The notes beneath the pieces are model-generated. The model was not told where the DNA came from and did no database searches. It was given only the letters and a program-made list of their open reading frames with translations. This document shows, in pieces, positions 21,235 through 33,045 of a stretch of 64,000 nucleotides of DNA. Position 1 is the stretch's first letter. Each line of letters begins with the position of its first letter. Location of the stretch: contig CH464491.1 of assembly GCA_000002445.1 (NCBI GenBank), forward strand, positions 3,936,001 to 4,000,000, read 5' to 3'. Source of the DNA: Trypanosoma brucei (lineage: Eukaryota). Made by a program: the position numbers and the translations under genes.

Positions 21235-22309
21235 GTCTCCGCTTTACTTGATGTAATACCGAATAATAAAAAAACTGCAGTGGGTAAGTAGAGAAGTGGT
21301 AGTCCGACAACGCCCTTTTTTTTTCTCCCTCTTTCTTTGGTTTCCTCAAGAATAAGTGTTCTTCGTGAGCGGCCCCCAACCCGTATTGCCACGTGCGTGG
21401 TATATGATCAATGCTTGTTTTTGCTTCGCCACTCTCTTCCTTTTTTTGAATGTTACTCTTTAGTCAATACAATAAGAAGATTTTTAAAATTTTTTCTGTC
21501 TCTGCTCTCTTTACACTCCTGGAAATAAAGTGTGTTTGAAGCAAGGGAGTCAACCGCAAGGCAGAATTATTGTTAACAAGTTACAGCATGCAGAATAAGT
21601 TTGGTGCAGCAGCGACGCGGATATAAAAATTAAGACGCGTTATTTTAAATGAAAACAGAAGTAAATTGATAAGGAGAAAAACAGTTGGCGTGAGCCTCCT
21701 TCGGGCAGCGGGGACGGTACAAAATATACAAGTAAATCATGAACGTTTGCACGAAAGGGAGAAGAAGCCATGCCACATGCACACCTTTAACTTATTTTCA
21801 CTCTTTCGCTGTTTCCCTTTCTTCCTTCCATGTTGAGAGAACATTCCCAGAAACTCGCTAGTTTTCATAAACTACAAATATATAAACAAACATATATATA
21901 TGTGTGTGTGTTACGTGTGCTTGCTCTCGACAAAATAAGACAAATCATTGTGTATCACTTTACACGTACGTATGTGCCTTAAACCCTCTCCCCACACCTC
22001 AAGGCACCGCAGCAAAATGCCGCAGAAGGTCAGGGAGGTAAGCGCATTTAAAAGGTAAATGGGACAAGCAACATCCTGCTCCAGTCGCAAAAAGATAGAA
22101 GTTTGACAATTAATACAGAACAAACGAAAACAAAACCAAGGTATAAAAAATGGATCCCAACACTTCCGAAATAAACTCCTTTTACCGTTCAGCCGCTGTG
22201 CTCTGCAGAGCATTGACGACCAAACCGTTACTGTGGTGAACAGTACTTCGACCTCCACCCCTTCTCCAAATGAACTTACCAGTCTGTGAAGAACCCGCAC
22301 GCACAACGC

Positions 22310-22331
22310 GGGGGGAGGGAGGGGGAGGGGG
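22310..22331 (+). other. G-quadruplex-capable G-run (GGGGGGAGGGAGGGGGAGGGGG) on the + strand
   Basis: Four or more G3+ tracts with 1-nt loops, intergenic between the acidic-repeat gene and the membrane-protein gene. It is C-rich on the transcribed strand. Confidence 0.6.
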
Positions 22332-22598
22332 AAATGCCCCTTCCTTTTGTTTATGTGTCCCTCATGTGGATCACAAAGAAACAAAAAAGAAAGAGGGACG
22401 ATTGGGGTACATACGTCTCCTGCCTTTATCAATATGCACCCAGTCGGAATCGTCTACAACTCATACACATTTCCGATACCTCCATTATGCGCCATTATGC
22501 GTCCCTATGCAGCATGTACGCACCCCCTCCGAATGCGGCTCACTGCATGCACTCGCGCATCCGACAGTAGTGGCGCACACTCAATTTAAATTCTCTCA

Positions 22599-24320
22599 TT
22601 AATTAAGGGGGTTTAAATGTCGCATACACCGCGGTTGCGCAGCGAAGCTAAGACTAGAGAGACGAAAGTTAAGTGGGTCCAGCGACAATTGCTCGACGTC
22701 CCAACCAACCGCTTGAAGAGACTTCCTCAATTCGCCTCCTCGCTTCAACCAAAGCGACTGTTCCCCGTTGCAGGAACGAAGGAAACGACGAAGTTCCGCT
22801 AAATCATCGGCATGTTGTAGCAGTGCAGTGTACGCAAGAAGGTACGCAGTCAGCAGATGCAATGAATCGCACTCCTGATGGACGAAAAGCACCAACCGCT
22901 TGCCCAACACTTCAGATGTAGGAACATTTTTCTTCTTTGAGAAAAACCACTTACTGATTCGTTGTGTCAGCTGTGGTTTTTCCCATCGATGCCAGCGGTC
23001 CAGAAGTGATAGGGGGGCAGAAGGCTCCCAAAGGGCAAAAAGAAACATTTCTGAGGAACACAAGTACACAACATCTTCATCGAGAGAAGAGTACCGAATG
23101 CGGATCTTTCCGATTGGTGGATTTACGTAGAGAAGCCCTATGCGGTCGTTACCATCGGATCTCCCTCTGTCTATCATCCGGAGTCCAATGGCATCACTTA
23201 CCTCCCGTGGCGATAATACACGTCCCCTCTGGTGACCCTCCTCTCGCATGTAGAAGCGAAGGATCACGGAGAGGGTAGTTTCATTCAATATGCGAAAGGC
23301 TATATTACACATGGACAAATGAGAAATCGCTAAATTTGCACCACAGCACATAAGCACCGTAGCAAGTTGGGCCGTCACCGATGGTACTAAAGATGTGTAT
23401 GCAATTCCCAGTGCCGTTGAGACGGTGTAGATAACCATTCCAAAAGAGTTGAACTTCTTCGTGAGTTCCGCCAGGTTGTTACTGATGGCGAAGTGTTGCA
23501 GAGCGGAGGCTCTCGTCACCAAAAACATAAGCGACGCCGACTGCCGCACACACGAGGTTAGGATTGCGGCTGCAAGCAGATGATTTGGTACTGTTGTCGG
23601 AATAATCATCTCAGCTATGACGGAGAGATTGTGCAGCGCTACAGAAAAAACAAACCAAAACTTCGGCCTGTTTTCGTACGATATGACGCGATTTGCCAAA
23701 TACGCAGCGGCTAGGGCGGGGGCAAGATCTTTCAGCATCCATAGTTGTGGTGAAGATGCAAGTAAAAATCCATTAAGAATCGACTGATATCCAATTGATG
23801 AAGCAAAACTCGATACAAAGCTGCTACACAGGGAAAGAAGAAAATACCGTCTAAACCCCTCTCCACACGAATCAGGATACCCTGCAGGCATCCCAAATAA
23901 GTGCAAACGCTGCAAAAGCGACTCATTGCGCCGTGATGCAAGCCTAACTTCGAGAGGATGTGCGACCACAGTCTCCCACGAATAATTTACGTTACATTGC
24001 GAAAAACCAAGCTCGGATGGCGTGAGTGAAACCTCCCTTTTCTGTTTGTTGGAGTGGTTATACGAAGTGACTACAGAGGCATGAGATGAGTATCCCCCTT
24101 TGGTACCATCCCTAGGGGAAATAACAATCCGTTGTGACTGCGGTTCACACGGAAATGAAGTGTCAGTTACGCAAGAGGCCACTGCTCGACTTCTGTTACT
24201 GCGTATACCCCCATTCAGCGGCGCCATATGACGTATCCGCAACAATGTTGGGCCCACATAATGGTTAGACGCGTGACGGCGCACCGTCCCACACAGACTG
24301 CAGGCAACCAAACGCATCAT
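22599..24320 (-). CDS. Conserved hypothetical polytopic membrane protein (possibly DUF647/RUS-like)
   Basis: The listed ORF starts at GTG. The minus strand upstream of 24320 shows a polypyrimidine tract plus AG (cacuuuuuuuuuccuugugcgcuuacacucacag) directly followed by ATGATG (MMRLVAC...), so I place the start at 24320. It has multiple hydrophobic helices. The family guess is weak. Confidence 0.65.
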   Translation of the reverse strand: MMRLVACSLCGTVRRHASNHYVGPTLLRIRHMAPLNGGIRSNRSRAVASCVTDTSFPCEPQSQRIVISPRDGTKGGYSSHASVVTSYNHSNKQKREVSLTPSELGFSQCNVNYSWETVVAHPLEVRLASRRNESLLQRLHLFGMPAGYPDSCGEGFRRYFLLSLCSSFVSSFASSIGYQSILNGFLLASSPQLWMLKDLAPALAAAYLANRVISYENRPKFWFVFSVALHNLSVIAEMIIPTTVPNHLLAAAILTSCVRQSASLMFLVTRASALQHFAISNNLAELTKKFNSFGMVIYTVSTALGIAYTSLVPSVTAQLATVLMCCGANLAISHLSMCNIAFRILNETTLSVILRFYMREEGHQRGRVLSPREVSDAIGLRMIDRGRSDGNDRIGLLYVNPPIGKIRIRYSSLDEDVVYLCSSEMFLFALWEPSAPLSLLDRWHRWEKPQLTQRISKWFFSKKKNVPTSEVLGKRLVLFVHQECDSLHLLTAYLLAYTALLQHADDLAELRRFLRSCNGEQSLWLKRGGELRKSLQAVGWDVEQLSLDPLNFRLSSLSFAAQPRCMRHLNPLN

Positions 24321-25831
24321 TAAACCTGTGAGTGTAAGCGCACAAGGAAAAAAAAGTGTGTATGTGTGTACACTGTGACGATACATGAGGGAGCAGTGTG
24401 TCTCCACGTAAAACACATAATAGTATTACGTTTGACAAATGAACAGGAGGGAAAAATAATGAGAAAGGCAGGCGAAGACATATGGCGTCGTAACCCTCCC
24501 TCCAAAAACCGAAACTCGCATCTTCTAATCACTACATCTGAACCCGCAACAACTCAGCCCGGACAAAATGTATCTTAAAAGCCTCCCTCCCTCCTTTTGT
24601 CTCCTATTTGCATGTATCATCGTTCCGTTACTTCTTTTCTTCCTTCGGAGGTCATTCATCATAAAAATGTGTCCCAACCTGTTTAAGTAACAAGTTCACG
24701 TTATTTTTATGTTTCTCCCCTTCCCCTCCCTCCGTCGCACACCAAGGTTTCTTCACACGAACATTCATGCTCATGTGAAAATACAATAACATCCTCCCCC
24801 AACAAAAAAAAAACAACAAAAAATACACCGCAGCAGCCACTAAAACAGTTGTATACATGTGTGCATGGCACACCATTGTACCTGCAATTGAAAGGGAAAA
24901 GGAGGAAGCTCATGAACGCGTCCGATTGAGGCCTTTAAGTGGGAAACGGAACGGTCCCCGTTTTCGTTCTGCAACTCTAATTAAAACAGCACAAACTGTC
25001 GCGGGTGTCATTGGTCGTGGCAAACACAACAAAAATTAAAAAAAACAGAACAAAAAAAACCGTTCGGACTCCAGACAAAAAAAAATGACAGTAGTATTGA
25101 ATAGAGTGAAGATACCCTTGTGGTTCCCTCTCCTATCTTTGACATAGCCGTCATGCCGAACGCAGTGGCGTTACATTTGTCAAACTGAACGGATTGTTTG
25201 GGATCAATAAACCGAATCAAAAATAACAGTGAGAAACTAATCGAGGTAAGCACAGAGCAGGAATACATCGGTGCGGGTGAGGTAAGTAAAGGCCCTGAAT
25301 GCGGCACGAGAAACGAAAAAGAAAAAGCCCAGCAGCAGCACTGCACAAAAAGCAACTGCCATAGACGAATTGGAGCATAACGCACATTGCAAAAATTGTA
25401 CAACGAAAATCATATAACAGAGAAAGAAAAAAAACATCGAACAAACATCATTCCCACCAAACCAAACTATTCTTTACACAGTTTTCTACCTTCCTACCCC
25501 GTCAGATTTTATTCTACTCTACATTTTGTGTTATTTGAACTCTCTCTCTCTCTCTCTCAAACACTCTTTTTCTTTTTTACTCTTTCGTCTATCCATCAAA
25601 TTTTCGTTTGTGATTCCGTATTTATGTATATTCCGCACAGACTTTTCTTATATTCTCCTTTTTCCCTTTTGTATCTTTTTCCTCACTCCTCTCCTGCTAC
25701 ACCAACACAACTTCCCCGTACCTCCCCGTCCTTGTCCCCCGTATGATCGAGTGCACAAACCCCTTCCGACCCGCCCCCCGAAAAAAAAAAGACAAAAAAA
25801 AAGGATAGCATAAGTAATTCACTGCGGGGCG

Positions 25832-28003
25832 CTAAAAATCTAGCCAGCTGGCACCTTCATCTTCTTTCGCGGGGGGATCTTCGGATTCACCTGCAACCTT
25901 CTCATTATCGTTCGGCGCGGCTCCATTATTTCCGGATGACCCTGAATCTCTATGTGTATCCGTTCCGCCACCTGTAGAAGCCACGATTTCAGACGAGCTC
26001 TTTTCCCCTGCTTCACCTGGCAAAGCGGTTTCACTGGTTTCCGAGTAATCATCAGCGTTTTTCCTGGAGGCCGAATACGATTTCGGGGCGTCCTCATCGT
26101 AGTCATCCCTTTGGCTCGCATACTCGTCAGACCCCTGTCCATCCGTCTGTTTGGAACTTTTGCTCTTCGCCGAATCACCGCCATCTCCCCCCGCCGACTC
26201 CCCTGTTGCTTTCACGCCTCCAGGTGCAACGTCATCGACCGAGCCGCGTTTTCGGGGCTGCGAGTTATTACGAGCCGCACTCTGAGGAGTTTCATCACTA
26301 AGCAACTGAGAAGTTGTGTTGCTCCTTCGAGCTTCGTCTACCCGCCGCTTGACTTCACCCAGCGGGTCATACACCTTTGCACCCGGTTTTCCGCCCCCGT
26401 TATCGGTATTAGAACTGCGTTGGTTACCTTCGTTTGACCCTATCCTTGGGGACGGATCCCCACCCCTCTGTTCGAGGTTCCGCGCCACATCACCCCGAGG
26501 AGTTGTAAAGCTCTTGTCCACAGGTTCACGTGTTGGTGAGTTAGCAGTCTTTTGCCGATCAGCCTTTGAGGTCAAACGGTATATTTCGTCCCTCAATTCT
26601 CTTATTTTTGCTACATAGTATGCACGAGATTCCTTGTCGTGCCGGCTTCCCACCCTTCCACCACTAGAGTCAGACATATCTCCCCGACTCTTGGCTTTGA
26701 GGCGAGAAAGCTGCTTGTGCAGTTCGCAAATAGTTTCTGCCTTCCATCGGTATTCCTCGAACAAAGTCCGTGTGCCTTCATCGAGATCGGTGGGGGGTTC
26801 CCATTCCTTGGCTTCACGTACCTGTTCCTCCAACCTTTCCACACGTTTCTGAGTATCCTTCCGCATCCTTATTGCCGAAACGGCGTCTCGACGCCGATGA
26901 TCAAGTATTCGCCGCGCAAGTACCGAGTTGGCACGTATTTCATCAGCTAGCTGCTTAAACACCTTTTTCGGATCCCCCGTTTCGGAGGTGTTTACCAACA
27001 ACTTTTCGTTACTCCGTATGGACAGCAACAATGCGCGGCGCTCTTTGCTAAGCTCTGCAATGTCATTCTTGCACTCTTGAATAAGTTTGACGTACACGTG
27101 CATTTGCTTAATGCAATAAACCTTCCTTTGCAGAAAGCATTGCCGTTCAAGAAGCTCATCTCTCTCCCTCAGTAATTCACGTCGGGTGCCCTCGCGACTC
27201 AACATCCGCTGGAAACTAGCAGCGGCGGGTCTTTGGTATTGTTTCCACATTGTCCTGTTTTGGGAGCGACATAAAGTAGTATTCCTTCCCTTTTGAAGAA
27301 TTGAACGTTGTGCTTCCAACTTCAAACGAAGTTGATCATTTAACAAAAGAAGGTCGTTAAGTTCCTCTTTGGTAGACACAGAGGTAACCTGCTGGTCAGC
27401 CATCGCGTAGGCCGCTCCACGGGTTTGCCCAGTCTCGGCAGAGGGTCGTGTGGTCGGTTTACTGTCGCTGCCTGCGTTAGAATCATCACCAGCGCTCCGT
27501 GCGTGTGGTACGACATGTTTTTTCACCTCTGGACGCTTCTTCGGGGGAGTGTCACTTGAAGCAGACGAACTACCCCCATCGTCAGAAGACTCGTGGTCGC
27601 TGGAATCGTCTTTTCTCCTTGAGCTAAGGTAAGTTCCAGTGCCATTTTTGCCACTTCGCCGCCGACCTTCACCGGATCTATTACTTCCAGATGAACCCGA
27701 CCCACTGCCCCTTCTACTACCAGAGGCACTCGACGCGCCGCTCTTGTCACTGCCTTCGGAAGCAGCCAACACGCTGCTCTTCCTTCTGCTTGTGGAGACA
27801 TCCGATTCCGTGTATTTTTTACCGCTGTCCGACTTGTCTGACCCACCGCTCCCTTTACTCGACCCTGATGATGCACTCGACGCACTTCGAGAGCCATTCT
27901 TGCTTTCATCATACTCATCTTCGTAATCATCACCGTTAGAGGATCCACTTCCAGACCTCTTCGAGGAGCTATCACTCTCACTCCCTGACTCTGATGAGCT
28001 CAT
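25832..28003 (-). CDS. Ser/Arg/Asp-rich low-complexity protein with central coiled-coil
   Basis: 723 aa, ATG verified (MSSSESGSESD). The termini are extremely S/G/D/R-rich. Heptad-like coiled-coil runs from ~aa 230 to 450 (LKLEAQRSILQK...VERLEEQVREAKEW). Confidence 0.8.
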   Translation of the reverse strand: MSSSESGSESDSSSKRSGSGSSNGDDYEDEYDESKNGSRSASSASSGSSKGSGGSDKSDSGKKYTESDVSTSRRKSSVLAASEGSDKSGASSASGSRRGSGSGSSGSNRSGEGRRRSGKNGTGTYLSSRRKDDSSDHESSDDGGSSSASSDTPPKKRPEVKKHVVPHARSAGDDSNAGSDSKPTTRPSAETGQTRGAAYAMADQQVTSVSTKEELNDLLLLNDQLRLKLEAQRSILQKGRNTTLCRSQNRTMWKQYQRPAAASFQRMLSREGTRRELLRERDELLERQCFLQRKVYCIKQMHVYVKLIQECKNDIAELSKERRALLLSIRSNEKLLVNTSETGDPKKVFKQLADEIRANSVLARRILDHRRRDAVSAIRMRKDTQKRVERLEEQVREAKEWEPPTDLDEGTRTLFEEYRWKAETICELHKQLSRLKAKSRGDMSDSSGGRVGSRHDKESRAYYVAKIRELRDEIYRLTSKADRQKTANSPTREPVDKSFTTPRGDVARNLEQRGGDPSPRIGSNEGNQRSSNTDNGGGKPGAKVYDPLGEVKRRVDEARRSNTTSQLLSDETPQSAARNNSQPRKRGSVDDVAPGGVKATGESAGGDGGDSAKSKSSKQTDGQGSDEYASQRDDYDEDAPKSYSASRKNADDYSETSETALPGEAGEKSSSEIVASTGGGTDTHRDSGSSGNNGAAPNDNEKVAGESEDPPAKEDEGASWLDF

Positions 28004-28600
28004 TATATTTCACCCACTCCGTAGTGCGTTGCTGTGCCGCAATAACCCTTGAACACCCTTTTTACAAAGGATATCGCTTCCTTCACTACTTCTACTTGGG
28101 TGGTGGCGTACAGTGTGTAAAGGAAGGTGAAAATAGTTTCATCAGAAACGTATATACAGATTAAACGAGAAAGGTGGTGACCTGCCGCTTCCAGACAAAG
28201 GGGAACAAGTGGCAGTGAGGGAAAAAAAGGTTACAGAGATTTTAAATAGGTGAACAATCAAGGACCGCTCTTCATTTCTACATTGAAGGTAATTGAAAAG
28301 GCAAGGACCACAAACTGAACAAGGCCCGTCATCCATACATCTATCCACCGCTCTCCCCCCTTCCCACACAAAAATCTTTAACATATTCTAACTCGTTTCT
28401 CCTCCAGGTTGGTTCCCACACACACGTGTACAGAGACGCCACAGAGGAGAGTTTCCTTCTAGAGGCGGCAACAACAGTTCCGAGCAATGTTGCTTCAACA
28501 AGGAAAAAAGAGGTAACGAGGGGAGCACTAACATGGAAGTGTGGGAACTCCCGATTCACAACCAATTCAAAAATCACAATTTACACACCGCCAACTCACT

Positions 28601-29560
28601 TTACTTGGCATCTAGAATACGGCTCAACTCGGATTTCTGTTCTAGCGTGAGAAATCCTGGAAATGTTGTGTCACACTCGACGATGAGGTCGCCACGCGGG
28701 TTAGAGGGCTCGTCATTACGTGGAAGTCCTTGGCCAACGACGCGACGGCTGTACTTTGGGTGCACGATTTCATCAATGAGAACCGCAACATCAGTGCCTT
28801 CCATCGTTTGTACGGTTAGGGTTACGCCACAGAGTGCCTCCCTAAGGGTAATGGGCACCCTCACGACAAGATCGTCACCTTCACGGCGGAAACGCTCATG
28901 TGGAAGTAATTCCAACACCACGACCACATCACCACGTGCCCGGCCCTCCTCCCAGTCGCCCTTACCGTCAACAACAAATTTATCTCCCGCATGTGCACCT
29001 TTCGGCACGCGGAGCTCAAAGAACTCCTCCACCACCGTTTCGTTGCCCTGGCGGACAAAACTGCACTTCCAAGACGCTCGCCGTACGGCACCGTAATACA
29101 CATCCTCTAGCGTAACGGGCAGCTGCACCTCGATGGATGGTGCCTTCACGAGACTCTTGGGGATCACAGCAGTACTACTGAAGAAGTTGTGTCTATTGTT
29201 GCGTAGTCCATTGATCTCCCCAATCACCTGAAACGGGTTGTCAACACCAAAGAAACTCCGAAACACAGCATAGGGATCTATCGCGTCAAGATCAATCCCA
29301 CCAGGAATGCCCTGCGCGCCCGTCCCACCATGCCGAACACCCTCCTCGCCATACAGGTCGTAGATGCCTCGTGCTTTGGGGTTTGAGAGCACGACATATG
29401 CCTGTGAAACGTGTTTGAATTGCTTTTCCAGTGCAGCTGGATCAGGGTGATCCGGATTGCATTGTGGATTCACCGCCATGGAGTGGCGACGGTACGCCTT
29501 AGCGATTGCATCGTCCTCCGCATCGTGTAAGATTCCGAGAACATCGTATAGATCGGCCAT
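28601..29560 (-). CDS. DnaJ/Hsp40 co-chaperone, type II-like (J domain plus DnaJ C-terminal domains, no zinc finger)
   Basis: 319 aa, ATG verified. The N-terminal J domain DLYDVLGI...AYRRHSMAVNPQCNPDHPDP contains the HPD tripeptide. The C-terminal DnaJ_C features are GDLIVECDTTFPGFLTLEQKSEL. Confidence 0.88.
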   Translation of the reverse strand: MADLYDVLGILHDAEDDAIAKAYRRHSMAVNPQCNPDHPDPAALEKQFKHVSQAYVVLSNPKARGIYDLYGEEGVRHGGTGAQGIPGGIDLDAIDPYAVFRSFFGVDNPFQVIGEINGLRNNRHNFFSSTAVIPKSLVKAPSIEVQLPVTLEDVYYGAVRRASWKCSFVRQGNETVVEEFFELRVPKGAHAGDKFVVDGKGDWEEGRARGDVVVVLELLPHERFRREGDDLVVRVPITLREALCGVTLTVQTMEGTDVAVLIDEIVHPKYSRRVVGQGLPRNDEPSNPRGDLIVECDTTFPGFLTLEQKSELSRILDAK

Positions 29561-30590
29561 AGATGCCCACGCTCACCAAAATATGCACGGCGCTTAAATG
29601 GAGTCCTCACTCGCTTAAAAGAGATGGAAAATCCCCCTTCTTCTTTCAACTGCTTTATGACTTCCTTTTTTATTCCCTTCTCCTACAAGGTCGACAGCAA
29701 CAAAGGTATTTGGGTAAATAAATAAAAAAGGTATGACACAGTGAAGCCGTAATTACGCCGTCCCCTTTCTCATATCTCCCTTGTTTCGCTCCCCTTTCCA
29801 CCTCCTCTCTTTGCTTTGTTCGGCAAGAAGGGAACAAATGGAAAAGGGGAGGGGATGAAATTACTCATCCGCTTCAGTAGGGGGAGGGAAGATGACGAAA
29901 GCGAAAATGACATACTCGACAGATAACATCACAAATTTTTTTTTAAGTTAACCACAATAAGGAGGGTAGCAAGGGTGCGTGGATCGGGACGCTTTCCCTC
30001 TCCATATAAAAAAGATTCGCGCCCAAATTACAGAAGAAGAGAAACAGATGGAGGCCTACACATTCCACGCAAACACACATACATTTCTTTTTTTCTCACT
30101 CCGCTGTTTCAAATTTAATCCCTGTCGAGTAACACATATATAGGCACCCTTAAAATCCGGCGAGCCGTACCCGAGGCACCAAATTCGTGAAGGTTTAGAA
30201 GTCGATCCACATAGTGACGGCTCTCGAACCTTAAACTACCAGACGCACCGAGGTAAGGGAACAAAACACACAAAGAGATAAATAAAGGTGAAAAATAGTA
30301 AAGGAGAAGCAATAAGAGGTGTAAAAACAAGAAAGAAGGACAGTGACGCCGAGAAAAGCAATTGCAAGCAACCGCTCATGGCGAAGTTCCCACATCTGCA
30401 CCGACTTCCTTACCCTGTCCTTCAAAACAACGGATAATAAGACGCAAAAAGTAAAACAAAAAAGAAAAAAAACGTCTCAACAGTGGGGTCCCAGCGTATA
30501 TTCACCTTCCTTATTTCACCCTTGTCATGCCACCAGCAATCACACCACAGTAAACCGTTTGAAAGCGGAAGGGACGCAACCGATAACAGA

Positions 30591-32297
30591 TCATTTTCGG
30601 GGTGTCACAAGATAAGAGTCCCTCGCCCGCGAACGCGTTTCAACGCGCACAGTGGAAGGGAAAACCTGACCGATTTTAGTGCCCGGTTTGACTGAAGTCA
30701 ATGCACCACTGGGACGTTGGGTGGCGGTGCGTTGTAGCTTCAGTGGCGACTCAGCTGCAGGTTTTGACCCGATCTTGATACCGGCTGCATAATTAGTGGT
30801 GCATGAGTCCATGTGGCGAACAGCCGACATGGTCCTGGTAAGCATTCCAGCTGTGTTTGACCTCGTTCGTGTAAGTGGCGTCTTTCGACCCGTTGTCACC
30901 GTCATGGCAGTGTTGCTCATCGCCCCACTGGATTTCCCCCCAAGTGAGGAGAGAAGCGCAGAAGTTGACCGCGTTGACATCTGCCTGCGGACGCCCATGT
31001 CAAAAGTTCTTCGCGGTCTTGTGGGAGTTTCCCACCTCCCCTCGTACTCTGTATGATACTGGTTTCTATCAACCGATGAATCGCAAGAAGCCATCCGCGG
31101 CGATGCACCAAGAGGAACTCTCGGTCTCACACGGGGCGGGTTCCACCTCATTGATGAATCGATGTACGGGCGGCGTGCTGGGTTAGTGGCATAACCGGTG
31201 GAGCACTGACTATTTCTTGTCAGAGACATATTAGCAACGCTCGTTCCGTTGCTAAGAGACTGCGAAAGTTGTTGTAGCGTACATTTGCATGAGTGTGTTG
31301 CAGCTAACCACTCGGGGGATAAGTGGTACAACGACTGTGGTAGAACAGACTTACCTTGTGCGGCACGTAGTAATACTGTATAAAATATCTCGTGGCGAGC
31401 GATCACCAATAGTTGGGGATAGAAGCAGTTCAGCACATCTGGCTGGTGAGACATGCTCAAGAACGCTGCGAGTACCCTCTTGATCGAAGAAACAAACTCG
31501 TCCCGCCAATCAGCTGTGAAGCGGTTTGACGAACGCAAAAAATCTTGGAGTTCCTTGTATGAAATGAGTATATTGCCGCGGCTGGTTAAGCGATGAATAC
31601 TCTGTAATGCTGCTCCCATCCTTGAAGCCTCCTTCCCTTGCATAGCTTTCGCAAACAAATACATCTCCTTTATATCACTGAGTGACGAATATTCAAAAGC
31701 CTCCACCAGCAACCGCTGAAGAGAAGCATCCACCACCTGCTTTTCTTCATCTGTTAACTCATTTGACGGGCCCAGAGACAAGGGAGATTTTACCTCCTCC
31801 CTTCGAATCGCCTCCGACACACCAGATAGCAAAGAAAGCATTTTATCACGTAAACCGTTCAATTGCTCCAACGTCATACCCTCCCATGTCGGGATTGCAT
31901 CCGTATCCGTGAAGAACGAAGAAAGCACTGGTTCAGGTGTCGTACATCCCGATTCGTCGAGGTGAGTCGGAACAGTTGTTTTTGAGTAGCGAAACGCATC
32001 TTTCGCTCCTGCAGCACACGGTGGGGGAGCCGCTAATGGCTCCGGGCAACCACTTTCGGAAGAGGCGTTGTCTTTTTCCGAGGCGCCTTCCACACCTGCA
32101 GAATCGGCGAAAGCTGATGGCACATCTGTGGGTTCGGGATGGTACGATTCCAAATTGGCACTCTTGTCAGAAGCCGCACCGAATGACTCACGGTCATGCG
32201 TGCGAGCCGCTTCAGCACCATTGAGCGATTTGGGGCTGCCGCCACCATCAGATAACTGACCAATGTTCGGCACCTCCTCGTCAAGGCGTTGGAACAT
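30591..32297 (-). CDS. Conserved hypothetical protein
   Basis: 568 aa, ATG verified (MFQRLDEEVP). The N-terminal half is an acidic/S-rich disordered region, and the C-terminal half is basic and Ser/Thr/Arg rich. I cannot assign a domain with confidence. Confidence 0.65.
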   Translation of the reverse strand: MFQRLDEEVPNIGQLSDGGGSPKSLNGAEAARTHDRESFGAASDKSANLESYHPEPTDVPSAFADSAGVEGASEKDNASSESGCPEPLAAPPPCAAGAKDAFRYSKTTVPTHLDESGCTTPEPVLSSFFTDTDAIPTWEGMTLEQLNGLRDKMLSLLSGVSEAIRREEVKSPLSLGPSNELTDEEKQVVDASLQRLLVEAFEYSSLSDIKEMYLFAKAMQGKEASRMGAALQSIHRLTSRGNILISYKELQDFLRSSNRFTADWRDEFVSSIKRVLAAFLSMSHQPDVLNCFYPQLLVIARHEIFYTVLLRAAQGKSVLPQSLYHLSPEWLAATHSCKCTLQQLSQSLSNGTSVANMSLTRNSQCSTGYATNPARRPYIDSSMRWNPPRVRPRVPLGASPRMASCDSSVDRNQYHTEYEGRWETPTRPRRTFDMGVRRQMSTRSTSALLSSLGGKSSGAMSNTAMTVTTGRKTPLTRTRSNTAGMLTRTMSAVRHMDSCTTNYAAGIKIGSKPAAESPLKLQRTATQRPSGALTSVKPGTKIGQVFPSTVRVETRSRARDSYLVTPRK

Positions 32298-32623
32298 GTA
32301 CCTCCTTTTTCCCCCTTTGTTTAAAAATTTTTAAAAAAAAAAATAAGTATGTGATTTTTCCTTTGTCGTTGAAATATTATCTTACGTGGAACGGAACGGA
32401 CGCCGACCTACAAGCAACTAAGAATAAAACTCAAAAAAAAACAATAAGTAAACGGGAGGAAGAGGAAGAGGAAACAGTGTACGAGCATTTTCTAGCATGT
32501 GCGTCCGTACAAAAAAAAAATCCATTGTTTATTCTCCATTGTAACAAATTCTACAGATGCTCGTACAATGGCGAGCGCGACGAGAAAAAAGAGGGTCTCA
32601 CACTGGCATCCACGAACACACAC

Positions 32624-32647
32624 ACACACATGCATATATATATATAT
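32624..32647. repeat. (TA)n microsatellite
   Basis: tatatatatatatatatatatata read directly from the sequence. Confidence 0.95.
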
Positions 32648-33045
32648 ATATATATATGCATAATGTTTAAAATCATGAAGAAGTATTACCATATGTAGGT
32701 TGGCATTCACTTCGTAGGACTCACCTCCCTTCCAACTTGGGATGATGATTGAGTAAATCAGAAGGTGAGCCGAGTGCTCCGCTGTAAGATACACGGAGAA
32801 GGAAGTGTTACTTCACAAAACACGAACCAACACAATGGGAGCCACACACACCAGCTCAGGGGTAAATCATTCTTCATACGCCTCCTCTCCCTCCTCTCCA
32901 CCGTAGTTATGCCCTCTTCCACGTGACTAACGAACACATACGCACACACACATACAAACAAAACTCTATGCACTCCAACCTCCATCCATTTTTATTTATT
33001 TATTTATTTATTACACTGGTTCCCCCTACCACTGCCTCGTGGGCA

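Noticed and set aside
21235-22598. Possible strand-switch or transcription start region
   Set aside because: Genes on both sides are on the same (minus) strand, so this is an ordinary long intergenic/UTR interval rather than a divergent or convergent switch.
30140-30235. tRNA T-arm-like strings (ggttcgagagcc on the minus strand; ttcgaa motifs at 14338 and 49730)
   Set aside because: None has the GGTTCGANTCC T-loop consensus together with an acceptor stem and A-box at the correct spacing. No tRNA can be supported.
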